From: Octopus sinensis
Taxonomy: Eukaryota
NCBI RefSeq assembly: GCF_006345805.1
Contig: NC_043004.1
Location: forward strand, 51,584,001 to 51,648,000
Direction of reading: 5' to 3'
DNA length: 64,000 bases
A program made the position numbers and the translations under genes. Positions 1 through 11,765 of the stretch are shown here, one piece after another (within the stretch, counting starts at the first letter, position 1; the number at the start of each line of letters is the position of its first letter). Under the pieces are notes generated by a model. The model did no database searches. It was not told where the DNA came from and saw only the letters and a program-made list of their open reading frames with translations.

Positions 1-697
1 CAGCCTGTGATACACTGGGACATCTGCTGAACCAGACCTGTTCCCCTGACGTTCCCTAGCCTTTTTTTGCCATTTACTGAATCTGTTTGAGACATTTTAG
101 AGTAAATTACAAATACATTTTTAGGTTTCTGCCAACCAACCAATTCAATGATTTTACTAAGATTTGGTATACAGGAAGTACCTGTGCAGATGAATAATTT
201 TTAGTGGGTGTAGCTTGCACTGCACTACCCCCACCTATTGGCCCAAGAAGACTTTCGCCGGTGTGACATGAAAATTGATAAAACCAGGAACTTCCAAGGC
301 CTCAGGTTTTATTTCAGAGATTTCCTTCTCCTAGGTAGATTACTAACCAAGGTTAATGAGCTTCTGCCTGCCCATGAGGTAAGCTACCCCATTCCAGATA
401 CCAAACCGACACTCAAACACTCTATAAAGTGATCAAATATCACTCCGGTGACCGACGTGGAGCAGCTCATTCATAATACAAAAAAAAAAGGCAAGTATGA
501 TATGTGATTTGCAAATGTAAATAAGAATTATATAAAAATAGAAAAAAGTAAAAAAATAAGCAATAAATATAAATATGTATATAAAATTAAACATATACAT
601 ATATATAGATAAAAAAAATTTTTTAATAAAAAATAAAAAATAAAAGTGGTACGATAAATATAAGGAAAAGTAAAAGATATGCAATTGAAATATATAA

Positions 698-781
<84 letters not shown>

Positions 782-1051
782 AAAGTAAAAATATACATAT
801 ATATACATATAAGTAAAAAAAAGATATATACATATTTAGAGATATTTTGTTGGATGGCCATTGACTGTTCAGGAGTTCCTCCGCCCTTTGAGGGGTCTTA
901 TTTTTCATTCCACAGGGTGTCCAACAACACCCTCCTAACCTGGTGGGGTTGCTAGCTTAGTTGCCAACGACCCAATCATGCGACAGGTTGTACTAGATTA
1001 CATGTTGCCAGTAGCATTCAAGAGTGACCTGACATAATACATACATACATA

Positions 1052-1082
<31 letters not shown>

Positions 1083-1664
1083 CTGTGTACGTACACACAC
1101 AATGGCCTTCTTTTAGTATCCATCTATCAAACCCACTCATGAGACTTTGGTGCTATGGTAGAAGACAATTGCTCAAGGTACCATGCAGTATGACCGAATC
1201 AAGTTTTTAACAAAGTGCTGTACCACGTCATTATTTTGCAAATGAGAGACATAGCTAAACAGAAAACAAGTAATCCTTTAAGAAGATTTTATCTAACAAC
1301 TACAGCCATCATTCATATTAGCATTTGCTGACTGTTTAGGTGCCCTTGGTTGTTATTTAGGTTGTATGGGGTGTCCCTTGGACTAGGGAACATATCACAC
1401 TCTTAGGGATGGTCTGTGGTTCTAAGTAGCTGTTTGCATGCAAATGCAACAACACTCTGGTAAGCAACTTCAACTGGCTGGCTAAACAAGGTATGTAACT
1501 CTTGTTGAATGCAAGCTTGCCTATCTATGCATGTGAAGATCGAATCCAGTGGTCTCTGCACAAGGAACCTTCATGGTTCAAAAGATGGATGGCAACTGCA
1601 GTGATGCATTGTAGAGTGTAGATAACCAGATGAATCAAGTAAGATATCTCAGCCACCCACTTCT

Positions 1665-1893
1665 ATTGCTTTACTACCCACAAGGGGCTAAACACAGAAG
1701 GAACAAACAAGGAAAGACAAACGGATTAAGTCAATTATATTATCCCCCAGTGTGTAACTGGTACTTATTTAATCGACCCCGAAAGGATGAAAGTCAAAGT
1801 CGACCTCGGCGGAATTTGAACTCAGAACGTAGCGGCAGACAAAATACCGCTAAGCATTTCACCCGGTGTGTGAACATTTCTGCCAGCTCGTCA
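1665..1893 (-). mobile_element. SINE family B (tRNA-like head, Deu/Nin-like core GCCTTTCATCCTTTCGGGGTCGATAAA, Tx1-like tail)
   Basis: Matches 5287, 14331 and 58196. Confidence 0.9.
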
Positions 1894-2949
1894 CCTTCAT
1901 CCATCTCACTCACTTCATCCATCTCCATCCCCAGTCATCTTGACCTAGTCTCACCACTGAATTGAAGATGGTCACAGATGAAAGAGTGAGGCTGACAATG
2001 CACAACTCTTCTTTACTTTAAACAAAGTCACTGTGTCATTCATCAGTCATTCTTAAGTCGTCAGACTAAACGGTCCTCATATATTCCAACAAATGAACAT
2101 GCTGTCACAAGCTAACACAGACCACCTCTTAACCATAGTTCCTTTCACTCAGAGGAATACTTATGATATGGCAGTTGGAAAGAGAGAAGGCTGCACTGGA
2201 ACTGGGATGGTATTTTCTTTATCAACCCCAAAAGTAAGAAAAGGAAAGTTGACCTCCATGGAACTTGAACACAGAACTTTAAGAACCAGAACAAATATGC
2301 TGGTTTCAAATTTTAGTGCAAGATCAGTAATTTCAGGGAAGGGATAAGTTGACTGCATCAATTCCAGTGCTTGACTGATACTTATTCTATTGACTTCAAA
2401 CGGATGAAATGCAAAGTCGACCTGGTTGAAAGTTGAACTCAATGTGAAGATGAATGAAATGCCACTAAACATTTTGCCTGGCATGCTAACAATTCTGCCA
2501 TCTCACCACCTTGTATATTCTATAAATATTGGTTATAAATTTTGGCACAAGGCCAGCAGTTTCGGGGAGGGGATAAGTTGATTAAATTGATTGCAGGGTT
2601 CAACTGATACTTATTTTATCAACCCTGAAAGGATGAAAGGCAAATTGGACCTTGGCAGAATTTGAACTCAAAACATAAAGATGGATGAAATGCCACTAAG
2701 TATTGAGCTCGGTATCCTAACAATTCTGCCAGCTCACAGCCTTCAACCAGAATAAATATAGCAAGCATTCTACTCAGCACACAAATGATTCAGCCAATCA
2801 AATGCCCGGATAATATGAAAGTAAGTAGTGTTTCAATTCCTAGGATTCATAGAGCCAGTCACCTGGCTAAGATCCCAACGGTCTCTCTGATTTGGACACC
2901 AAAGCTAAATGATAATGAGTGTAAAATTTGATAATTGTACTATGAAAGG

Positions 2950-3170
2950 AGCTACCTTCAGTCATTAAATATACTTTCATTTCTTTTCTCAAAGAAAAAC
3001 GCCACTCAATATGTTAGAATTCATCACTTCATAAGGTACCACACATTTGCTGCTTTTGTGAACAAAAAAATTGATTTTCACAGAAAAAATTCAAATGCCA
3101 GTTCCTCTGTTTAGATGGTCTTGTATATTTTAGGAAGTTTATTGATCTAAGAAACAAACAGCTAAAGACC
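2950..3170 (-). pseudogene. Highly decayed hAT/Buster transposase fragment
   Basis: SINFLKYTRPSKQR...HIEWRFSLRKEMKVYL resembles Buster-type VNFIK.RPL.SR...H.EVRW...LR.E...FL. Internal stops are present. Confidence 0.35.
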
Positions 3171-3194
3171 CTTCAGAAGAATTAAATAATTGAT

Positions 3195-4259
3195 TATGAG
3201 AAAATTGATAGTTTTTAAAAGAATTATGTAACTGTGAATGAAAGAACTGACAGTTTTTAGAAGAATTGTATACTTAGAGATGGGAGAACTAGTTACTTTT
3301 AGAAGAATTATACATTTGGCAGTGGTTGAACTGGCAGTTTGTAGAAGAAATATAGAGTTGAAGATAATAAGATTGGTAGCTTTTAGAAAATTTATATAGT
3401 TAGAGATGACAAAACTGGTGAGTTTTTGAAGAATTATATAGTTTCAGACATTAGAACTGGTAGTTTTTTTTAGAAGAAATATAGAATTGGTAGTTTTTAG
3501 AAAACTGGTTGGAGATGAGAGAACTGGTGGTTTTTACAAGAATTGTACAATTGGATGCGAGAAAACCAGTTGTTTTTAGAAAAATTATGTAACTGGAGAT
3601 AAGAGAATGGATAGTTTTTAGTAGAATTCCTATACTTAGAAATGAAAGAACTGGTGGTTTTAGGTGAATTATATATTTGGAAATAAGAGAATTGGTGGTT
3701 TTAGGTGAATTATATATTCAGAGAACTGGCAGTTTTAGGTGGATTATATATCTGGAGATGAGAGAGTTGGTGATTTTTAGAATTATATAGTCACCTTGCC
3801 ATTGCCTATGGTAATGCTGTGAGCAAGTTGGCTTGCTTCAACAGGTTCCATTGACCCTTGTGGGGTGCAACCAACTGAGGCACTTGGTGTTGAATTGATG
3901 TCTTTTGCAATCCTTTCCTTTCTTTCTTCCCCTTTTTTCTCTCTTTATTCATTCTTTCTTCGCTCATGCTTGTGTTTCTTAGGTTTTGAATTTGTATTTT
4001 AATGAGATTTTGTTTTATGTATGTATTACATACATACGTGTTGTATTCCAATAAATATAAAAATCTCATTAAAAAAGAATGTATGTAGGCACAGGTGCGG
4101 CTATGTAGTAAGGAGCTTGCTTCTTGCTTCCCAACCACATGATTCTGGGTTCAGTCCCACTGCATGGCACCTTGGGCAAATGTCTTCTACCATAGTCTCA
4201 GGCTGACCAAAACCTTGTGAATGGATTTGGTAGATGGAAACTGGAAGAAGCTTGTTGTG

Positions 4260-4291
<32 letters not shown>

Positions 4292-4870
4292 ATATATATA
4301 TTTTTATACACATATCTATGTATTTATGTGTACGTGCCTGTGATTGTCCCCCACTATTGCTTGACAACTGATGCTGGTGTGTTTATGTCCCTGAAACTTA
4401 GAGGTTCAGTAAAAGAGACTGATAGAATAAGTACTAGGTTACAAAGAATAAGTCCCGGGGTTGATTTCTTTGACTAAAAGCCTTTAAGGCGGTGCTCCAG
4501 CATGATTGCAGTCAAATGGCAGAAACAAGTAAAAGAAGAAAAGAAATAATTAGAGATGACAGAATTTGTGGTTCTTAGAATAATGTAATTGGAGTTAAGA
4601 GAACTAAAGGTTTTTAGAAATATTATAGAATTTTAGATATTAGAACTGGTTGTTTTTAAAAAAGTTTCAGGCAAAAAACTGGTAGTTTTTAGAATTGAGA
4701 AAAGTAATGGTTTTTTATATCACTGAAGATGAAAGAACAAGTTGTTTTTATAAGAATTATATAGTTGGAAATGTCTGAACTGGGAGTTCTTAGAAGTTTT
4801 AGCTGAAATTTACAGGTAAAGATTAAAAGAAAAAAAAGAATTGATGGTTTTTAAAAGAGTTACTGAGTTT
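3195..4870. repeat. Degenerate 42-bp minisatellite (consensus about GAACTGGTAGTTTTTAGAAGAATTATATAGTTGGAGATGAGA), interrupted by a SINE-containing block at 3790-4550
   Basis: Unit starts at 3244, 3286, 3328 and 3371, with the periodicity continuing. About 20 copies. Confidence 0.8.
4087..4546 (+). mobile_element. SINE family A (tRNA-like head, internal (TA/CA)n, second domain, (AAAAGAGT)n tail)
   Basis: Matches other copies at 8807, 46718 and 59048. Confidence 0.85.
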
Positions 4871-5286
4871 AAAGGGAAGCAACTGTTGATGACGGGAATC
4901 GTCGGAACTTTGGTTCGGTCAAGGCCACCGGTTGAGTCCCATGTCTCTGCGGAAACCAACATGTTTGACTTCGAAGCACCGGACAGGGGGAAATTTAATT
5001 AATTCTATCCTTCGACCAATAAATTCTAACTCAGCCCCTATTTTGCGGGGCTACTAAGTATGTATGAAACAAACGATGGAAGGTAACATGTAGGTAAGCT
5101 TTCAATGTTTATAAAACAAATATTTCCTCAAAGAAAAATGTTGTCTAAAAATACCTATTCCTATACTTCATTCACAATATCGTTTTCATAATCTCTGAAG
5201 AAGAAGAAGAAAGAATGAATGAATACTCAATAATAAATAAACGGAACACTGTCGTAATACTTTTCACTGGACGAGTAGAAATACCT

Positions 5287-5516
5287 ATTTCTTTACTACC
5301 CACAAGGGGCTAAACATAGAGGGGACAAACAAGGACAGACATAGGTATTAAGTCGATTATATCGACCCCAGTGCGTAACTGGTACTTTATTTATCGACCC
5401 CGAAAGGATGAAAGGCAAAGTTGACCTCGGTGGAATTTGAACTCAGAACGTAACGGCAGACGAAATACCGCTAAGCAGTTCGCCCGGTGCGCTAACGTTT
5501 CTGCCAGCTTGCCGAC
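5287..5516 (-). mobile_element. SINE family B with a 12-bp TSD
   Basis: TSD AGTAGAAATACC at 5275-5286 and 5518-5529. Confidence 0.9.
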
Positions 5517-5628
5517 AAGTAGAAATACCAGAGAAGCCGCAGAACTGTATTCGTCCTAAGCAATAGTTCTAATATGAGGGTAGGGGGCAAAATTCGTTAC
5601 TTCTGGTCTCTCGTTGTTTTCTACCTAC

Positions 5629-5834
5629 CTTTACTCTTTTACTTGTTTCAGTCATTTGACTGCGGCCATGCTGGAGCACCGCCTTTAATCGAGCAACTCG
5701 ACCCCGGGACTTATTATTTGTAAGCCCGGTACTTATTCTATCGGTGTCTTTTGCCGAACCGCTAAGTGACGGGGACTTAAACACACCAGCATCGGTTGTC
5801 AAGCAATGCTAGGGGGACAAACACACACACACAA

Positions 5835-5871
<37 letters not shown>

Positions 5872-6043
5872 CATATATACGACGGGCTTCTTTCAGTTTC
5901 CGTCTACCAAATCCACTCACAAGGCATTGGTCGGCCCGGGGCTATAGCAGAAGACACTTGCCCAAGATGCCACGCAGTGGGACTGAACCCGGAACCATGT
6001 GGTTGGTTAGCAAGCTACTTACCACACAGCCACTCCTGCGCCT
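5629..6043 (-). mobile_element. SINE family A
   Basis: Full-length reverse copy. Confidence 0.9.
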
Positions 6044-6189
6044 ACATATAAATATTTGTTATAGAGTCGGATGATGTGCAACATCCAGCCATTAGATGAA
6101 ATAACACAAGATAGCCTCTATGTGGTTACTGACTCTACTATACATAGCAGCTAAATCTTCCTCAGACCATACCCTGCCTTAAACAAGTC

Positions 6190-6630
6190 ACTGAGCTGCA
6201 GCTATGCTGGGGTGCCAACTTGAAGAGTTCTATTAAAACAAATAAACCTCAGTACTTATATTTTTCATTTATTCTATCAGTCACTTGTGCCGAACCGCTA
6301 AGTTACAGGGGTTTAAGCAAACCAATGCCAGATTTGAAGACTAACATTACCATTCGCACATACAGATACAGCCACAAATGATGGCTTTTTTTCACGTTTC
6401 TGTCTACCAAATTCACTCAGAAGGTTTTGGTCAGCTCAAGGCTTTAGTAGAAGACACTTGTCCAAGATGCTACTCAGTGGAGCTGAAACATGTGGTTGAG
6501 ATGCAAGTTTCTTACCACACTGCCATGCCTATAAAAAATATTTAAAAAAAAAACAATATATGGGACTGAACCCAAAACCATATGGCTGGGAAGCAAATTT
6601 TTTACCATGCACCCACGCCTGCACCTATGG
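6190..6630 (-). mobile_element. SINE family A, diverged
   Basis: Diverged homology to both halves. Confidence 0.65.
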
Positions 6631-6935
6631 AAATAAAAATATAAAATGAATATGGTAATATAAGATGTCATATGTTGTAAGTAACAATAAATAGAAAATG
6701 CATATCAAGACAAGTAGCATTCACAGCCATTTCAATAAGGCTGTTCCTTTCAAGCAGAATTTACAGTGATTTCTTTTTTAACTCCAAGCAGTCAGCTCCT
6801 CTTAACTGGTTAACAATACACAGCTGCAGCTGATAAATTGTTAGCAGGAGAACGAACCCCTACCACCTTCAGCATACCTGTCTAGTTTCAAACTATTTCT
6901 GCTTCTCTCAGTACTGGACACCTAGTTTGCTACAG

Positions 6936-8400
6936 ATGAAATCTTTATTAGGATCACATAGGATCGGAATATAGAATGGGGACATTACAAGCAGGCAAAT
7001 ACAAAATGTTGGATGAGTTCAAATGATTATAATAAAAATTTAATTATATATAATTTAATAAAATAATTAATTTTAAAATTTTTCACTAGAACTTTAAAAA
7101 TAAAAAAAAAAACATAAATGGAAGAAATAAAGAATACGAAAAAGAAAAAAAAACGAACCCGGCAGCCTATAAGGCCCAACAGCTTGTTTTTCCTTTCCTC
7201 AGTGATTAAGCTGGGTTACTAGCACCCACCTTTTTCATCACATCCTTCCATCATTGTTCATTATTCACTTAGCAGCAGGGTTCTTCTCTCCAACCCCATC
7301 TTGCTCTTCTGATGGTATTTGAAGTAAGATAGCAAACCGGGGCTCCCTGTCACAGAACCTTCCATTCTTGTTCTCCAAACACACTCTTTCAGTACTGCAA
7401 ACGTACAGCAAAAGCAAGCCTCACCTTCCTTTGAGAGTCCAGTTGGTGGTATCATCTTTATTATAGATTCAGCCAACAGCTGTACTCATCCCAGATGCGA
7501 CAACACGTGTTCAACATAACTTATCAAGCTAGATAGCTCCCGACATTGTACAAAAGCGTGCTGGACAGTTTCATTATCCAGCCTACATCTTGGACACGTC
7601 GGTGGCACTGACATTCTGTGCCTGGATAACTTATCGTGAACAGGCAAAGCGTTCTTGTAACACTGCCAGGTCAAGGATTTTTGGAAGTTATCCAAGTACC
7701 CTGGCCTGAAAGTTTTTCTGAACAGGTTGGTAAGTTGGTTCTCATCGAACCCCAGAGCCCCTCCTAGGACATCATCCTTTTTTGCCTCTACCAGCCCTCT
7801 ATAGAACACTGAGGTGGTATTCCCACTGCCAGCCTTACCCATCTTGTGGATCAGCCAAAGTGCCTGTCAGCACTCCTGCCATAAAGTCAGATTCTGTCTT
7901 TTAATGAAGCCGGGTTTAAATCTCTCCAAAGATGCCAGTCACGGGAAGAATTCCTCTGCCAGTGGACTCCACACCTTATCACCTTCCAGGTGACACCAGA
8001 GATGTCTCAGCCTCAACGCATGTCTGTGCATCATTAGCCAAGGCATCCCCAGCCCACCCTTTAGCAGTTCCTGGCAGTACAGGGAGCGCCTCACAAGTGG
8101 CTTTCCTCCCTTCCACAAAAAGCGGAAAAGGAGTCTTTCAACTTGCTTAGCCATGAATCGCAGCAAGGCACGACGGTCAGGCGGTAGGTGATGACAAGAA
8201 GCTATAAACACCTGTACCACCTCCGCCCTCCCCTTCAAGGATAGCAGCCTTCCGGACCACTTCCGTACTATGGCCTCCACCATGTTCACTACCTCGCTCC
8301 AATTCTTCTCCGTCTGGGAGTCTGAGCCAAACCAAATTCCAGTCACTTGCCTCTGCTTGCAATACACATAAATTCAAGTGACACATAGTCACTGATTTTG
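6936..8400 (-). mobile_element. 5'-truncated, decayed Tx1-clade LINE (ORF2 C-terminal third + 3' UTR)
   Basis: Frameshifted ORFs WSGRLLSLKGRAEV, GGLGMPWL and CPRCRLDNETVQHAFVQC are homologous to the 39-kb ORF2. The tail at about 6936-6990 resembles the Tx1/SINE tail. Confidence 0.85.
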
Positions 8401-8438
8401 CAACAAGCTGAAAAGCTAGTTCTAAAGTCTCTTGAAGA

Positions 8439-8745
8439 CAGGGCTGGCGAACCTGTGGCTCGCGGGCGCATATAGCCTGCAGACTTCTATCTTGCAGCCC
8501 ACATGATATCTTCTTGAAATGGGTTTATTTAAACAAACATTTAAAAAATTTTATCAAAAATTAAAGATTTTAATGAAAAGTAAAAAAAGAAAGCTACAAC
8601 TGTTATTGCAACAATAATATTTCATGTTGAATCAACGATCATTCATTCAACAAAATGCTTTCAATTCTGTCAGTGCACAAGCGGCCCTCAAAAAACTTCC
8701 TGTGATTGAAGTCGCTCGCACTGTAATTCGAGTTGGTCAGGCCTG
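8439..8745. mobile_element. hAT (Buster/Charlie-like) MITE
   Basis: TIRs CAGG(G/C)CTG(G/A)C(G/C)AAC. Flanking 8-mers CTTGAAGA and CTCTAAGA form a degenerate TSD with central TA. Confidence 0.7.
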
Positions 8746-8806
8746 CTCTAAGAGATGATCGCAGTAGTACTAGCAAATAATGTCTTTTATTTATTAACTT
8801 TTACAA

Positions 8807-9200
8807 GCGTAGGAGTGGTTGTGTGGTAAGTAGCTTGCTTATGAACTACATGGTTCTGGGTTCAGTCTCACTGCATGGCACCTTGGGCAAGTGTCTTCTA
8901 CTATAGCCTTGGGCCGACCAAAGCCTTGTGAGTAGATTTGGTAAACGGAAACTGAAAGAATCCTGTCGTATATAGATCTATATGTGTGTGTATGTCTGTG
9001 GTTGTCTCGCCCCCCCCCCCACATCGCTTGACAACTGATGCTGGCGTGTTTACGTCCCCGTAACTTAGCGGTTCGGCAAAAAAGACCGATTGAATAAGTA
9101 CTAGGCTTACAAAGAATAAGTCCTGGGGTCGATTTGCTCGACTAAAAGCGGTGCTCCAGCATGGCCACAGTCAAATGACTGAAACAAGTAAAAGAGTAAA
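8807..9200 (+). mobile_element. SINE family A
   Basis: Full-length copy, GCGTAGGAGTGG...AAGTAAAAGAGTAAA. Confidence 0.9.
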
Positions 9201-9689
9201 TATCTAGACTAAGGCAAGCAACTCGTCTTTTACACGATATAAGCAAGGGACAGAACTCCCTCCACTCACTATAATTTCACTTTTTTTTTTCCCCAAAGGA
9301 AACAATAAATTATCAGAATGCAAAGCTAACAAAAGTTAATTGCAATACTGCAACAGCAATGTTCCGAAATTAGGTTTTATGTTTATACAGTTTATAATAA
9401 ATAGTTCTAATTTTGGCACAAGGCTAGTAACTGTGAGAGGAAGGGTCAAATACTTGACTGATACTTAATTCGTCGATCCTGGAAGGATGAAAGGAAAAGT
9501 TGACCATGGCAAGATTTGGACTCAGAACGAAAAGAACAAAAAAAAAAAAAAAAAAAATTGTCATCAAGCATTTTGTTCAATGTGATAACGTTGCTGTCAG
9601 TTCGTTGTCTTAATTTAATAATGTCACAAAATTATTTTAGGTAGGTCGATAGTTACCAAAACATAATGAAGCCCATCAGTATCTGTGGC

Positions 9690-9975
9690 AACATAGTAGT
9701 GCATTATTTACATTATTTACATTTGACGGATATTTGTCGTCATCTTGTTTGTTAATACAACACTTTGGCTGATATACTCTCCAGCCTTCATCAGGTGTCC
9801 TGGGGGAAATTTCGAACATGGGTTTTCATTCCTAAGGTATTTTTCCGATGTTGTTGTTGTTATTATTATTATTCAGGTCACTGCCTGGAATCGAACTTGG
9901 AATCTTGGGATTAGTAGCCAACCCTCTTAACCACTATACCATATGCCCATGGACATATGGCGTAGTGGTTAAGAG
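9690..9975 (-). mobile_element. Penelope-like pseudo-LTR with hammerhead and inverted tRNA-like head
   Basis: Homologous to 10300-10600. CTGATGA hammerhead core at 9788-9794 (minus). Confidence 0.8.
9755..9800 (-). ncRNA. Minimal hammerhead in a Penelope pLTR (GAAAC region mutated)
   Basis: GACAC-CTGATGA-A-GGCTG..CAGCC-AAAG-TGTT. Confidence 0.55.
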
Positions 9976-10299
9976 TAGTAGTGCTCGGTGAAATAATCTC
10001 ACTGTTGCTGTTTCTCAAAGAGCCACCTTCTTGAGAAATGATGTTGTAGGAGCATCACCCCACTTGACGGTGGGTAAACAAGCTGGCTATACTGAGAAAG
10101 AGGGCGTTACCCAGCATTACCTCATCTCTTCCACTTCTCTTGAACTGTAAAGATGTGATCTAGCCTCTCTCAGCTAGCAGACAGGAGCACAGCACAGAAG
10201 ACCATGGCCTTTACACACCAACCATTCTATTTATCATTCCATTGTGTATATACATGTGGCCCAACAAATGTGTTTAATTTGCAACCTAGCTTGTATATA

Positions 10300-10930
10300 T
10301 ATTTAACAGATAAGGAATTATGTACATTATTTACATTTGAAAGATATTTGTCCTCATCTTGTTTGTTGGTAACACAACGTTTCGGCTGATATACTCTCCA
10401 GCTTTCTTCAGGTGTCTTGGAGAAATTTTGAACCTGGTTTATCATTCCTAAAGTATTTTTCGTTGTTGTTGTTGTTGCTATTGTTGCAGTTGTTGTTGTT
10501 GTTCAGGTCACTGCTTGGAATCAAACTCGGAATCTTAGGGTTTTTAACCACTACGCTCTTAACTACTATGCCATATGCCTCTGGGCAATTATGGAGTGAA
10601 TTTTTGGGTTTATAAATCTAATATTTTCTTATCCTTCCTTAATACCGGTTCCCATATGCTACTCATATCTGCACTCAGTCTGCTTAGGAGGTGGTTGTGT
10701 CCTAGCATATGTGCTGCTTCTTTTAGTTTTTCATATTTTCCAGTGGTGTTCTGTCTATTATTTCAACTTCATCCCACAGGGGGAGGTGGTCTCCATTTTT
10801 TCCATACATGATCAGCTATACTCGATTTATCAATATCTCTCTGTGTCACAGCTTTGCAATGTTCGTCTACCCTTATTTTGAGGGGGCAGCATGTTTCGCT
10901 TTGTATAACCTACCACAGCTGCATGGGATG
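10300..10930 (-). mobile_element. Penelope-like element 3' portion: decayed GIY-YIG ORF + tRNA-like segment + hammerhead pLTR
   Basis: Reverse complement of 15830-16300 continuing into the pLTR. Confidence 0.85.
10371..10416 (-). ncRNA. Minimal hammerhead in a Penelope pLTR
   Basis: GACAC-CTGAAGA-A-AGCTG..CAGCC-GAAAC-GTT-GTGTT. Palindromic helix III AACGTT. G10.1>A in this copy. Confidence 0.7.
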
Positions 10931-11159
10931 GAGTACACGCAGTCTTTGGTCAATTCTCTAATGGATTGATTATATCCACAAGGAAGTGGCTCAGTGGATG
11001 ACATGCTGAACCTCTACAGCTCACTATAGGTCTTAATGGATTGTTTTTGTTTACCAGTTGTGGTGGTAGACATCATCAGACTGCATAGTCATATGTAGAG
11101 GTAAGAAGAGCAAAAGACTTAGGGATACATTAGTAACGAGAATAATGACAAAGAATGGT

Positions 11160-11620
11160 GAGTCTTAACATTATAGTAGATTTCATAGTTGATAATTCTG
11201 CTGTGAAGTGGATGTAGGTTGGAGGTTATTTTGATCTGTAGTCCCTAGTTTAAGTCAGTGCATATTTTCCACGTGGTTATTTTGGCTAGACTTTTCACCA
11301 GTGATGTATAAAGGAAGGCGGTTAACTCTAACTCATGGTGGAAGGGGGCTAACTCTATCCGGATTACACAGTCCGAGAATTTATGTGTCTTTTGGACTTA
11401 AAGTTGTAGGAAGTTCGTATTAATGGTGGAAGCACTGTCTAGGTGTAAAATAATTTATTATGGGGTGTGTAAAGTGAGTGGGGAGTTGGGAGGTGAATGA
11501 TTGCATGTAAGTAGTTTAAGTGGTTCCCAGCTAAATGGGATTATGTAGATGAAGAAGCTAGCATAGGATTTGTACAGGGCCAAGTGGGTTTACTGATACT
11601 TGGAAAAGACAAAGAGGTCT
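11160..11620 (-). pseudogene. Decayed Penelope-like RT remnant (different family)
   Basis: FSDCVIRI and TTDQNNLQPTSTS resemble Penelope RT motifs (FLD.. and KPTDR.NYLH..S.H). Confidence 0.35.
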
Positions 11621-11765
11621 ATATGTAGACAAAAAATACTGTTCTCATATTTTCTATTAAGAAGAGGCTGTTCAGCTGATAGAATTTCCAGGCGTTCGGT
11701 TAAACAGAGACCACAAATGACGAACTTCTTCCTGTTATTTTTCCTCCATTTTCTTCTTGCATATA

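Noticed and set aside
2864-2905. 42-nt minus-strand exon candidate (LWCPNQRDRWDLSQ)
   Set aside because: The splice sites are plausible, but it is adjacent to a decayed hAT transposase and has no independent support.
6859-6910. Minus-strand segment bounded by TAG and GTATGC
   Set aside because: Stops occur in all three frames.
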